Virus record (IMG/VR): IMGVR_UViG_3300045988_174992
Length of the DNA: 64,000 nt
DNA from: a virus
Direction: 5' to 3' (one strand)
Shown: piece by piece, positions 16,191 through 25,459 of the stretch
Numbering within the stretch: the stretch's first letter is position 1
Layout: every line of letters begins with the position of its first letter
The notes under the pieces: generated by a model
Database searches by the model: none
Told to the model about the DNA's origin: nothing
What the model saw: the letters and a program-made list of their open reading frames with translations, nothing else
Translations under genes and position numbers: made by a program

Positions 16191-16562
16191 TTAAAAATCA
16201 GGATCAAGATGTGGATTAGCATGACCAAATGTCACTATACAACATGATTCTCTAGTTGGTATGCCAACCTCTCTCCAAGTACCATTCTTCCTTAATGAAT
16301 ATAATTCTCCATCACGCATGAATTTATTGAATGCTTCATCTGTCAAGTATTCTACTCCATCCTTTTCATATATATACTGATCTTTATTATCTTCAGTAAT
16401 GTCATAAATATTCACAAGACGTACCTTCTTATTACTTATGACAGCTTTGCAACATACAACATATCGATCAGATCCTACATGTAAAGTACCTACCATTCCA
16501 CGTACAGGCAATATTACAGCCTTTTCAGATCCATCCGCTTGCTTAATCTTTATTGTTTCCAT
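16191..16562 (-). CDS. hypothetical protein (123 aa)
   Basis: ORF behind the promoter motif at 16588-16619. Confidence 0.6.
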   Translation of the reverse strand: METIKIKQADGSEKAVILPVRGMVGTLHVGSDRYVVCCKAVISNKKVRLVNIYDITEDNKDQYIYEKDGVEYLTDEAFNKFMRDGELYSLRKNGTWREVGIPTRESCCIVTFGHANPHLDPDF

Positions 16563-16587
16563 TATTTATATTTTAATCATTACAATT

Positions 16588-16619
16588 ATAATATAGAACA
16601 ATCTTTAAATATTTCAAAA
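16588..16619 (-). promoter_or_regulatory. Bacteroides-type -33/-7 promoter (phage promoter family)
   Basis: Minus strand reads TTTTGAAATATTTAAAGATTGTTCTATATTAT. Confidence 0.5.
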
Positions 16620-17042
16620 AATTGAACCTAATAAATTACTAGCCTTCTTTAAATTATATTCATGCACCCAATATTCATTTCTCATATCCATATATACATA
16701 ATATTCTGGATATCCACACTTGTTGAATATTGTAAAAATAATCTTATCTTTACTAAAATCTGGATTCAATTCTGTACTATATCCTTTACCTGGAATTGGG
16801 CATTTCTGTACTCTTACAGTTATATTGATAGGATTATATTGCTTATAAGGCTCTTCCTTGACAATTGCATGAAGTTTGTCATTGTCATCAACATACATTG
16901 ATATGATCTGTGCACCCTTTAATGGTGTTATGACTAAAGTATTTCTACCAGATACAGGATACCATTCAAATTCATAATCGTCAAGATAGAAACCTTCATT
17001 ATGATTCTTTACTGCTTCTTTAATATCATCTATAGTAGCCAT
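16614..17042 (-). CDS. hypothetical protein (142 aa)
   Basis: ORF that abuts the next gene (17043). Confidence 0.6.
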   Translation of the reverse strand: MATIDDIKEAVKNHNEGFYLDDYEFEWYPVSGRNTLVITPLKGAQIISMYVDDNDKLHAIVKEEPYKQYNPINITVRVQKCPIPGKGYSTELNPDFSKDKIIFTIFNKCGYPEYYVYMDMRNEYWVHEYNLKKASNLLGSIF

Positions 17043-17411
17043 TTACTTATAAGAAATATAGTTTGTTGGTTTTGGTTGATTCTTACTATCTCCTGTAATC
17101 ATACCAGACATTGTATGCTTGTTCAATAAGTCAAGTGTTGCATCTGCTATAGCACCTGCATTGTCACCTTTCAATCTTGAAACAGTAATAGTAAAGCACT
17201 TCTTACCCATATTCCATGGGATCATATATGAAATATCAAATCCTCCATCTGCATTCTCCAAACAGATATAATGATGTCCATTTGATAAGATATCCAAATT
17301 CTTCACTGATGTATGGAAACAAGAATCTGTCAATACAAGATTATTGTCAGCTTTAATGATGTAATATGCAAGACAAATTTTTGTCCAAAAATTCTTTAGC
17401 TTATTTAACAT
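17043..17411 (-). CDS. hypothetical protein (122 aa)
   Basis: ORF in the gene train. Confidence 0.6.
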   Translation of the reverse strand: MLNKLKNFWTKICLAYYIIKADNNLVLTDSCFHTSVKNLDILSNGHHYICLENADGGFDISYMIPWNMGKKCFTITVSRLKGDNAGAIADATLDLLNKHTMSGMITGDSKNQPKPTNYISYK

Positions 17412-17422
17412 ATTTTAATATT

Positions 17423-18184
17423 TTAACTGTATTTCAAACTTGGCATTTCTACAATGTTGCCTTTCTTCTCCAACTCCTTCTGTTTTCCATAAATCTGTTC
17501 CTTAGTGAGATCTGCCTCAATAATAGTATTTGGATCAATAATAGTAAGTACATAAGGATTCTTAGAGTACTCTGCAACTGGTACCTTAACTTTCTTGAAT
17601 GACAAAGACTTATATGATTCTCTTACATAGGTTTCAAAGTATTCAACAATGTTGAATTCCATTTTACCTTCCTGTAATACAATACAAAACTTATGGTTCT
17701 TAACATCAAGAAGATCTGACAAATTCTCCCATTCAAGCATATCTAAGAAATCAGAAGTTTCATAATGCTTAGGTCCATCAATCTGAGTAGCTTCATATAC
17801 TGAATTACCAGAAAAATCTTTTCCTTTATATCTGATTTCATCCCAAATAGTAAGGTCTTCTGGTGTTTCAATATTGTTATCCATCATCCATTCAATCAAT
17901 CGTGACAATGGTCGATAATCATCAGAATTTGTTGGGATATCATAATTCATTACAAAGTTGAATGGATAGCATCCTAATTTCATTGCGATCTCTCTTCGAA
18001 TATCAGAAGATAAGAATTCACAATCTCTTTGTGACAATCTTCCATAAACATTCTTTCCCATATCACAACAAATAGAATGTGCAGCAATTGTATGCCTTCC
18101 GATAGCATATCTCATTGCCATCCATGTCAAATCATGTTCATATTCAGACATATATTTTGGTGACTTGTTACATCTTCGTACCAT
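17423..18184 (-). CDS. hypothetical protein (253 aa)
   Basis: Long ORF with no recognised motif. Confidence 0.65.
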   Translation of the reverse strand: MVRRCNKSPKYMSEYEHDLTWMAMRYAIGRHTIAAHSICCDMGKNVYGRLSQRDCEFLSSDIRREIAMKLGCYPFNFVMNYDIPTNSDDYRPLSRLIEWMMDNNIETPEDLTIWDEIRYKGKDFSGNSVYEATQIDGPKHYETSDFLDMLEWENLSDLLDVKNHKFCIVLQEGKMEFNIVEYFETYVRESYKSLSFKKVKVPVAEYSKNPYVLTIIDPNTIIEADLTKEQIYGKQKELEKKGNIVEMPSLKYS

Positions 18185-18186
18185 AA

Positions 18187-18510
18187 TTACTTTCTTTTTA
18201 GACGATTAACCATATTCTTTACTTGATTTAACTGTTCCTTCTGTGCAGCTCTATTAAGAGAATCAGACTTAGTTTGCTGACGGTTGAATTCTGACAACAT
18301 ACCATTCTTATCTGCTAAATTTGCAATAGTAACATTCAATGACTTGATAGAATCTGTCATTACTTTGTTCAAACTATCTTTATATACAATTTCTTGATTA
18401 GCTTTGTTTAATTTTGATCCTCTATTGCAACTTACCGTACATTTGTTCATTCCAAACAATATCAATAGTACAATCAAAATTTCTTTCCAATTTTTCTTTA
18501 ACTTGTTCAT
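18187..18510 (-). CDS. membrane-anchored coiled-coil protein (107 aa)
   Basis: N-terminal TM helix (ILIVLLILFGM) followed by a polar helical region. Confidence 0.55.
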   Translation of the reverse strand: MNKLKKNWKEILIVLLILFGMNKCTVSCNRGSKLNKANQEIVYKDSLNKVMTDSIKSLNVTIANLADKNGMLSEFNRQQTKSDSLNRAAQKEQLNQVKNMVNRLKRK

Positions 18511-18776
18511 TTTAATATATTGACTTCATTTAAATTTACTGTAAGATCAGCATCAGGCAAACGTTCTTCATTGATGAATCCACATCTTGTATAGACTTTG
18601 TCATAGATATCATCATCTTCACAATCAGTAGAAATATCAATCACATATTGTTTATTCAAATCATCTAATTGAACTTCTTTTGATGTTACATCAAGTACAT
18701 TCAATTGATATTTGGAACATATACCTAATACTTCTTCCTTACACTTTTCTATATCTCTTATCTTTGCTGATGCCAT
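18507..18776 (-). CDS. hypothetical protein (89 aa)
   Basis: ORF with a 4-nt overlap with the next gene. Confidence 0.55.
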   Translation of the reverse strand: MASAKIRDIEKCKEEVLGICSKYQLNVLDVTSKEVQLDDLNKQYVIDISTDCEDDDIYDKVYTRCGFINEERLPDADLTVNLNEVNILK

Positions 18777-18803
18777 TTCTATTTTCTATTTAAGAATAAA
18801 ACA

Positions 18804-19124
18804 TTAGTCTTTTACATCATAGTTGTCAAAGTAGATAAATACTACTTCATGGTTTCTTCTGCACTTTTTATTTGCATAGAACATTCCTTCCAACTGAGCA
18901 ATAAACTTCTTTGCTTTCTTATTTGAAAGTGTCTGAGGATTTGTAACAGTTACCAAAACTGAATAAGTGTTGTCAGTTTCATCTGTTGCATTATCACAAA
19001 CTTCATATTCATAAGAAGGTACAAATCCAACTTCTACTTCTGTCAACTTGATACCCATCTTATTAGCGAAGTGACGTACTGTATTCTCGATTTTATTTGC
19101 TGAAGTGTTCATGTTTCTTTCCAT
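18804..19124 (-). CDS. hypothetical protein (106 aa)
   Basis: ORF behind the promoter motif at 19157-19186. Confidence 0.55.
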   Translation of the reverse strand: MERNMNTSANKIENTVRHFANKMGIKLTEVEVGFVPSYEYEVCDNATDETDNTYSVLVTVTNPQTLSNKKAKKFIAQLEGMFYANKKCRRNHEVVFIYFDNYDVKD

Positions 19125-19156
19125 TTTGATTATTATAATTATTATTTTTACATAAT

Positions 19157-19186
19157 AAATATAGAATTTCTTTCTTAAATTTCAAT
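19157..19186 (-). promoter_or_regulatory. Bacteroides-type -33/-7 promoter (phage promoter family)
   Basis: Minus strand reads ATTGAAATTTAAGAAAGAAATTCTATATTT. Confidence 0.4.
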
Positions 19187-19191
19187 AAAAT

Positions 19192-19662
19192 ATGATAATT
19201 TTTTCACAATATATATCAGAATCTTTGGAAATTGACTTGGGTTTCATCTTTGAAGCTAACAAGAAAATTTGGCCATTAAGGGATAAGAAGACAGGTACAT
19301 TCAAATATTCCCCAATAAGCATAATGACTGGAGATCATGTTGAAGATAGAAAATCAGAAAGAAAAGTTGATGATTCTGAAATCATAGATGCTATAATGGG
19401 TGCCAAATCAGATATATTAGGTATGTTGAAAGATGGTAAATTGAAAGTATCCCATTATGGTGAAAAGAAACCTATGACTTTTGTAATAATGGATGCAAGA
19501 AAAAACAAAAACTTGCCATTGACTGTTGTAGGGTTTGTTTCTTGGGCTGATCCTAAATTCAAGAAATGTAATGTAATAATCAAGACTGTAGGTAAGTATT
19601 CTAATTTTTCAAGTATCATGAGAAAAGATTCTGATAAAGAAAAACATATTCAATTGTATTAA
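19192..19662 (+). CDS. hypothetical protein (156 aa), possibly with a DUF4258/BrnT-like toxin-fold domain
   Basis: This is the only plus-strand gene in a minus-strand region. The segment GDHVEDRKSERKVDDSEIIDAIMGA...LTVVGFV...VIIKTV resembles the H...R..eRgi...ei pattern of DUF4258. Confidence 0.35.
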   Translation: MIIFSQYISESLEIDLGFIFEANKKIWPLRDKKTGTFKYSPISIMTGDHVEDRKSERKVDDSEIIDAIMGAKSDILGMLKDGKLKVSHYGEKKPMTFVIMDARKNKNLPLTVVGFVSWADPKFKKCNVIIKTVGKYSNFSSIMRKDSDKEKHIQLY

Positions 19663-19687
19663 TTTATTTAATCTTATATACGAACAA

Positions 19688-19710
19688 AGCCAGGTCTATA
19701 GACCTGGCTT
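19688..19710. terminator. bidirectional rho-independent terminator
   Basis: AAGCCAGGTC-TATA-GACCTGGCTT followed by TTTGTTT. It sits between convergent genes. Confidence 0.7.
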
Positions 19711-19744
19711 TTTGTTTAGCAATCATCAGAGGATTTATTTAATG

Positions 19745-20875
19745 TTACTTCTCTGTTGTAACAATTCGATTCAAATCAAGGTTATCAGGAGAGAACTTAT
19801 TTACAGGACCAGCACCAATAGTCTTAATTTTTGATGCATCAACACCTGCCTTGATAAGTGCATTCTTAACTGCTACTGCTCGCTTAAGTGAAAGCTCTTT
19901 ATTATATCTAGTAGAACCTTCAGTAGAAGCATATCCAGTTACCTTAATAGTACCATCAACATCTTTCAATGCATCAGCGATATCATAGATATTTGCCATA
20001 GATGTTGATTCAATCTTAGCAGTACCCTTCTTAAACTGAACCTTTGGATAAACCATCTTAGTAACTTCATTAGTCTCAATCAAAGTATTTGTCTTTGTAA
20101 GAGAATCATGCATTACCTCAATAGTTGCATTAGCATCATTAAGACTCTTCTGAAGTGTATTGATCTTTCCATTCAACATATCAACCTCTGCCTGATCATA
20201 AAGCTTAGCCTTGTTGAAAAATCGAGTGCCGTTACTTGTCTTGAAGTGATATACAATACCAGCAGTAACTTGTCCAATAGCACGTTCTGTATTGAATGAA
20301 CCTGTACCACTCAAATCATATACAACTGCTGGTCGCAAAGCAATAGTCCATGCATCTGTTACATTATAATTCAGATTAAGACCAGCCTTAACAAGCAAAG
20401 CATTGTACTCATTATGTAAAAGGAAACCGTAACCAGGACCTGCATTAGCTTCTACTTCAAACTTACGTGGCTTACCATTATACTTCCAAATAGCATTAGT
20501 AAGATTTACACGACCTGTCAAATAAGTTGAAATTCCATCAAATGTATTTGCACAATGAAAATGCGTTACCGGTTTTGACCAATTACTAAGTCCATTGATA
20601 TTTGTATTACCCTCAAGTGTTACACCAAATACTGGAGTAATCTCCTTATTGATAACAATACCGGCTACAGCACCCTGTGGCCAATTCCACTGATTGAGAT
20701 TAGTCTCAACACCACCAACTACACCAGCAGAAACATTGTCTGTGAACTTAGAACTACCGGAATAGTTAGACTGTGTCTGAGCATTAACACTAAATACTGC
20801 TGTCAAAGCCAGCAACATTGTCAAAATAAACTTCTTCATTTTTCTTTTAATTTTACTTTTTAAATTATTAAACAT
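19745..20875 (-). CDS. OmpA-family outer-membrane protein (signal peptide, beta-rich N-domain, coiled coil, OmpA_C peptidoglycan-binding domain)
   Basis: The C-terminal TGYASTEGSTRYNKELSLKRAVAVKNALIKAGV is the OmpA_C signature. The signal peptide is MKKFILTMLLALTAVFSVNAQ (likely true start ATG 20839). Confidence 0.8.
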   Translation of the reverse strand: MFNNLKSKIKRKMKKFILTMLLALTAVFSVNAQTQSNYSGSSKFTDNVSAGVVGGVETNLNQWNWPQGAVAGIVINKEITPVFGVTLEGNTNINGLSNWSKPVTHFHCANTFDGISTYLTGRVNLTNAIWKYNGKPRKFEVEANAGPGYGFLLHNEYNALLVKAGLNLNYNVTDAWTIALRPAVVYDLSGTGSFNTERAIGQVTAGIVYHFKTSNGTRFFNKAKLYDQAEVDMLNGKINTLQKSLNDANATIEVMHDSLTKTNTLIETNEVTKMVYPKVQFKKGTAKIESTSMANIYDIADALKDVDGTIKVTGYASTEGSTRYNKELSLKRAVAVKNALIKAGVDASKIKTIGAGPVNKFSPDNLDLNRIVTTEK

Positions 20876-20892
20876 TTATACTTAAATAAAAT

Positions 20893-20920
20893 GGATATGA
20901 GAATCAATTGATTCTCATCC
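20893..20920 (-). terminator. hairpin overlapping the stop of gene 20904-21266
   Basis: 9-bp palindrome ATGAGAATC-AATT-GATTCTCAT. A U-rich tract follows on the minus strand. Confidence 0.4.
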
Positions 20921-21266
20921 ATTCTAAGAGCTTCTCTCTAAAATCCTTGCTTAGATACGGTACATGAAACTTCTGTGATGGGTATTTCCACCAAAGCATG
21001 ATTCCATCTTCATAATTCTCTGAAGGTGCAATAATAAGATTGGACTTATTGATAGACATCACAGAATCTATGAAATCAATATACTTCTGTTCATTATCAT
21101 AGAAGTACCAATACTTTTCATCGTTATCCATTGATGTCCACCAATCATGAGCGACATCTTTTGGATTTGGATTTCCTTCCATATTGTTTGAATAGAAAGA
21201 AAGAAATTTACCAAAGTTGAAAGTTTTTGCACCTAAAGCCATAATCAAAATAATTAAATTAAACAA
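20904..21266 (-). CDS. hypothetical protein (120 aa)
   Basis: ORF behind the promoter motif at 21282-21312. Confidence 0.55.
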   Translation of the reverse strand: MFNLIILIMALGAKTFNFGKFLSFYSNNMEGNPNPKDVAHDWWTSMDNDEKYWYFYDNEQKYIDFIDSVMSINKSNLIIAPSENYEDGIMLWWKYPSQKFHVPYLSKDFREKLLEWMRIN

Positions 21267-21281
21267 TTAAAATTAACATTT

Positions 21282-21312
21282 ATAATATAGAACTAATCAA
21301 GAATATTTCAAA
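21282..21312 (-). promoter_or_regulatory. Bacteroides-type -33/-7 promoter (phage promoter family)
   Basis: Minus strand reads TTTGAAATATTCTTGATTAGTTCTATATTAT. Confidence 0.5.
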
Positions 21313-21395
21313 TATTTTTTCACTTATTTTTGAAAATTAATTTCTTCACATCTTATTTGACTATATGTACTAACAATTTGGCAAATACAAATTGA

Positions 21396-21995
21396 CTAAA
21401 TGGCATTATCATGCTCTAATTTCCATTTAGGTGTTTCTTCAATAAATGTTGACACAAAATCATCTAATATATCTTCTGGTGTATCTGTATTGTCAATCAA
21501 CTTTACAATATCATCAGATTTCTTATATTCATTGAATAAACTTAAAATATTATCAATTTCCTTTTCTGTAAAATCTTGATTTTCTTTCAACAAATTTACT
21601 CGATCTTTATACTCTTCTGGATTTCTCCAAAGCATAATGTAATTAGTCAATTTGAAGTTTGCTTCAATTTCTCTACCAAAATACTTTTCTACCACATGTT
21701 CACGATCAAATAAATCTGCAAATACATTATCAGTAAGCAAAAGACGATCCATTACAATTGGTCTATCAGTACCATTCAACTTTGCCATTGTATATAAGTC
21801 ATCAAGTACTTTACGAATTGTTTTTCTAATCCACTCTTCAAATTTTTGTGGATTTTTATAATCTACTCTTTCTTTTTCTGCTGATACTGGATTATATACT
21901 AAAAAATCATCAAATCTATTCTTCAAATTTTCTAATAATGTTCCTTTGCCAGTCCTATCACAACCCTCAAGAACTATAATGCGAATTTTTTCCAT
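21396..21995 (-). CDS. tmk: thymidylate kinase-like dNMP kinase
   Basis: P-loop in IIVLEGCDRTGKGTL (compare the Tmk pattern EG.DG.GKST) and a following DR motif (MDRLLL). Confidence 0.65.
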   Translation of the reverse strand: MEKIRIIVLEGCDRTGKGTLLENLKNRFDDFLVYNPVSAEKERVDYKNPQKFEEWIRKTIRKVLDDLYTMAKLNGTDRPIVMDRLLLTDNVFADLFDREHVVEKYFGREIEANFKLTNYIMLWRNPEEYKDRVNLLKENQDFTEKEIDNILSLFNEYKKSDDIVKLIDNTDTPEDILDDFVSTFIEETPKWKLEHDNAI

Positions 21996-22120
21996 TTTTA
22001 TTTACAAACATAAATGTATTTATTACCATCAGTAGATGATTGATATTTATATTCAGGAATATGTGTTTTATTTTCTATCCACTTCATGTTTAATCAGTTT
22101 AAATATATTTTATATATAAA

Positions 22121-23350
22121 TTAGAATTTTGGCATATATTTTTCATACTTTTCAAATACAAATCTACGTTGTCTTTGAACAATCTCTCTATATAATGGTT
22201 CATTATTTTCTACTTTCTTAAGCTTATCAGCATAATCTTGTCCATTCTTACAATATGTATGTTCATATAACCAATCATCACACAATTCATGATTTGGATC
22301 AAAAGCTTCATCTACAAAACATACAATATCCATAAGCATCAAATCAAACCACCTTGGAGATATCTGATTACCTAATATACATTTGTTATGTGTTATCAAC
22401 GAAGACTTAGCATTTGATGGAACAAATTCCAACAAATCACGATAAGGCATATTTTTTACAAGCTCAATATCATGGTCAAAATCTATATGTTTAAAGAAAT
22501 TCTTATTACCTCCTTTAATTACTAAAAATGGTTTGTCAACTTTACTGTAAAATTCTTCTGTTCTAGCTATTCTATCTGAATCTTTAATATATCCATAATA
22601 GCAAGCAGAATACTTCTTATCATCAAAATCATAATTTCTCATTCTCAAATCCAAATCATCATTTAATGTGATGTAATAGTAAACATTAAAATTGAACCAA
22701 GACTTTGGCAATATCTTTATTCTATTCTCTTTAACATATTTATCATAATCTAATCCACAAAATGCTAAATCAAAATCATTTTCTATATTGCATATATCAT
22801 CATATCTAGATTCTAATAAAGATATTTCGTTTGCATAATTGTTTTCATTTATTCCATGGTTCCATGATGTTTTTAAATCTTTCTTTATAGCATGGCGATA
22901 AGTATGATGTCTAAAAAACCAAAGATTATATACTTCTGGATCATCATTAATGAATATAATTTTGTCATTTTGACCTTTTGATTTCCACCATTCATATATT
23001 CTATTCATACAAAATGGAAATGTCATAATAGCCATACCACCAAAATTATTTGTTTGAGCAGGAACAACCCACATATCATTTATATGATAATCTAGTAGCA
23101 AGTCTTTCTTTTCAATTCCATATATCAATGGACAATCTTTCAGTATGTTATTATATTTTTCACCGGAATTAGACAATGATGTTGCTAAAACATATACTTT
23201 ATCATATTTCAAAAACTCCGTCAAATATTTCCAATAATGATATACATTATACATTGTAATGTTATCTCTATTCACAAGTATATGTCTTACTGGTAATGTT
23301 ATACATGCTATTCTGCCCTTTCCATTAGGTTCTTCTATATGTTTAATCAT
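22121..23350 (-). CDS. T4 beta-glucosyltransferase (BGT)-like DNA glycosyltransferase
   Basis: Block-wise resemblance to T4 BGT as I recall it: VVPAQTNNFGG vs VVNSSINFFGG; KIIFINDDPEVY vs KIYYLFTDIRLPF; CYYGYIKDSDR vs VIYGGSFRSGQR; ISPRWFDLMLMDIVCFVDEAFDPNH vs ITLRVWETMASDAVMLIDEEFDTKH. Confidence 0.6.
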   Translation of the reverse strand: MIKHIEEPNGKGRIACITLPVRHILVNRDNITMYNVYHYWKYLTEFLKYDKVYVLATSLSNSGEKYNNILKDCPLIYGIEKKDLLLDYHINDMWVVPAQTNNFGGMAIMTFPFCMNRIYEWWKSKGQNDKIIFINDDPEVYNLWFFRHHTYRHAIKKDLKTSWNHGINENNYANEISLLESRYDDICNIENDFDLAFCGLDYDKYVKENRIKILPKSWFNFNVYYYITLNDDLDLRMRNYDFDDKKYSACYYGYIKDSDRIARTEEFYSKVDKPFLVIKGGNKNFFKHIDFDHDIELVKNMPYRDLLEFVPSNAKSSLITHNKCILGNQISPRWFDLMLMDIVCFVDEAFDPNHELCDDWLYEHTYCKNGQDYADKLKKVENNEPLYREIVQRQRRFVFEKYEKYMPKF

Positions 23351-23406
23351 AAAATACTGTATCTCAACTTATTTCTAAGTTAAAAATACAGTATTAATTT
23401 TATGAT

Positions 23407-24000
23407 TTACTTATAGATTTCAAGTTCATCTTTATCCATCAGCATTAGTTGATATAATATATCTGCAAATCCTCCATGTCCACCTTGATATTTAGAAACA
23501 TAGTGAAAAAATTGCTTTATATATTCAAAGCAATTATCTGTAGTAGCACATATATTTGCTTTTGATGCGGCATTCAAATCACTTGGACTATCACCAATAA
23601 AAGCAACAATGTATCCAGCATCTCTGCATTTCCTAACCATTTCTTCTCTTTCTTTTGAATTTGCATTTGTAGCATGTAACATGAAAGAATTACTTATTCT
23701 TCTATCTGTAATATTACCTCCAGTCTTATCATCTGTTACGAATAAGAATTCCCATCCAAGATCCTTAGCAATATTAAATAATTCCTTATCATGGCAACCA
23801 TAAGTCTTGAATCGTTTTCTGTTTTCATCATAAGTCATATTTCCATCTGTCAATATGCCATCACAATCAGAAATTATGATTTTCTTCATATTGATATATT
23901 CTAAGGTATGCTTGGACTTAAAATAATCAGCCCAAGTCAAACCTTCTTTCAATATTATTCTTGATGTTTTGAATTTACTTTTTTCCATTAGTACATTCAT
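23407..24000 (-). CDS. KdsC-type HAD-IIIA sugar-phosphate phosphatase
   Basis: Motif I in IISDCDGILTDG, plus the C-terminal FIGDSPSDLNAA. The true start may be the internal MKKIIISD. Confidence 0.65.
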   Translation of the reverse strand: MNVLMEKSKFKTSRIILKEGLTWADYFKSKHTLEYINMKKIIISDCDGILTDGNMTYDENRKRFKTYGCHDKELFNIAKDLGWEFLFVTDDKTGGNITDRRISNSFMLHATNANSKEREEMVRKCRDAGYIVAFIGDSPSDLNAASKANICATTDNCFEYIKQFFHYVSKYQGGHGGFADILYQLMLMDKDELEIYK

Positions 24001-25447
24001 TAATTATATTAGACAATCCAGAAATAGCATACTCAAATACAATATTCAATTTCATAATATCTTTTGCAAAGATTGGAAGCATACTAAGCAAATGAAGATA
24101 AATAGCTGTTTCAATAAACACATCACAATCTTCTATTTTTGGAAGTTCATCTACTTTATATGTCATTTCCTTTCTCAAAGCATCATCCAATCCAATCTCT
24201 ACCATATAAGCTTCTGATTGGTCAACAATTGGATGACAGAAAAATGATCCATTTCTTCTTGATATTGGATTATACAGTTTAATATCTCCAGTCATATTTA
24301 CAAGAACATTATGCGAATTGATGTTTCCATGAGTCAGTACCCATTCATCATTCGCTAAACCATCTATGAGAATATCACATGCATTATCTATAAGTGTTTG
24401 AATTTCTGCAAATGTTATGTTATTTTCAAAAAGCCTACGTGTATCACAAATTCCCTTCAATGGTTTACCATTATATTCTTCTAACAGAAATTTTACTGAA
24501 TATGACAATGGCACATCTACTTTATATCTTACAAAATCATTTAAAAGATTGGTAAGATTTATCTTTGATGCATGTGTATATCCTTCAAGATTATGCATAT
24601 CACAAGCATATCCATCTTCTGTCTTACTTACTGGCATATCTACAACATAATCACTAATTCCAGGATTATAAGATAAGAAAGAAGTCCAATCATACTGATA
24701 GTTCAAATGCTCATTTGTTTTTGATACGTATTGCATAGATTCTTTATCAGTATATGAAACCTCCATATCAGTAGGTAAAACCAAATCTTTCTGATAAGAA
24801 GTTGACATGATCTTCTTATATTCTGATAATGACTTATATTCAGTTATTTTTGTATTGATATTTGATTCAACAAAAGTAATCATACCATCATTTACTTTTT
24901 CTTGAATAATATCAATCAAATCTTTATTTTCATCACATGGCTTAGTTGGAATAACCTCTGAAATATCTTTGATCCAAAAAATACCTGGAACATTTCCATC
25001 ATAAGCAAATGATCTGTTTACAATCTTACCATCTTCTATATTATATCGATATTTTGCATCATTTACAGTAAAAATCACACAATTGTCTTTATCTTCAATT
25101 TTTCTATCCAATTTGAATTCATCATTATCAAACAAAATATCTGACCAGAAAAACAAAACATTCTTCTTTGGAAGCCAATCATATACAGAAGCTAAAGTAT
25201 TGCCTGAACCATTAGTATTGTTTGATACAATCACATCAACATTAAGATGATTGATTTCAATATAAGCTTTCATGATATTTGCAAACTTTTTATTTACAAC
25301 AATACTTATTGTATTTGCTTCATCAAAATAATCTAATTGCTTAATCAAAATTGGTGTTCCATCTTTTGATGGTAACAATATTTTAGGAAAACAAGAAAGT
25401 TCATTAAATCTGGTCTGTAATCCACCAGCTACTATTACAACATTCAT
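23975..25447 (-). CDS. bifunctional sugar-1-phosphate nucleotidyltransferase / kinase-like protein
   Basis: The N-terminal VVIVAGGLQTRF...PKILLP is the NTP-transferase G-loop. The C-terminal LTHGNINSHNVLVN...DIKLYNP resembles the APH/choline-kinase catalytic loop, but the usual Asp is Asn. Confidence 0.6.
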   Translation of the reverse strand: MNVVIVAGGLQTRFNELSCFPKILLPSKDGTPILIKQLDYFDEANTISIVVNKKFANIMKAYIEINHLNVDVIVSNNTNGSGNTLASVYDWLPKKNVLFFWSDILFDNDEFKLDRKIEDKDNCVIFTVNDAKYRYNIEDGKIVNRSFAYDGNVPGIFWIKDISEVIPTKPCDENKDLIDIIQEKVNDGMITFVESNINTKITEYKSLSEYKKIMSTSYQKDLVLPTDMEVSYTDKESMQYVSKTNEHLNYQYDWTSFLSYNPGISDYVVDMPVSKTEDGYACDMHNLEGYTHASKINLTNLLNDFVRYKVDVPLSYSVKFLLEEYNGKPLKGICDTRRLFENNITFAEIQTLIDNACDILIDGLANDEWVLTHGNINSHNVLVNMTGDIKLYNPISRRNGSFFCHPIVDQSEAYMVEIGLDDALRKEMTYKVDELPKIEDCDVFIETAIYLHLLSMLPIFAKDIMKLNIVFEYAISGLSNIINECTNGKK

Positions 25448-25459
25448 ATTTTATCTTTT

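Noticed and set aside
21998-22087. A 29-aa minus-strand ORF (MKWIENKTHIPEYKYQSSTDGNKYIYVCK) lies between the BGT-like gene and the kinase gene.
   Set aside because: It is too short to support from sequence alone, and no motif was found. It may simply be intergenic sequence.
22121-25447. The KdsC-type phosphatase, KdsD-type isomerase and nucleotidyltransferase might form a CMP-Kdo (LPS core) pathway.
   Set aside because: No KdsA-like (DAHP-synthase fold) gene is visible in the window. The nucleotidyltransferase has the AGG.G.R G-loop of sugar-1-P transferases rather than KdsB motifs. The operon ends in a BGT-like DNA glycosyltransferase. A genome-wide search is still needed to settle this.
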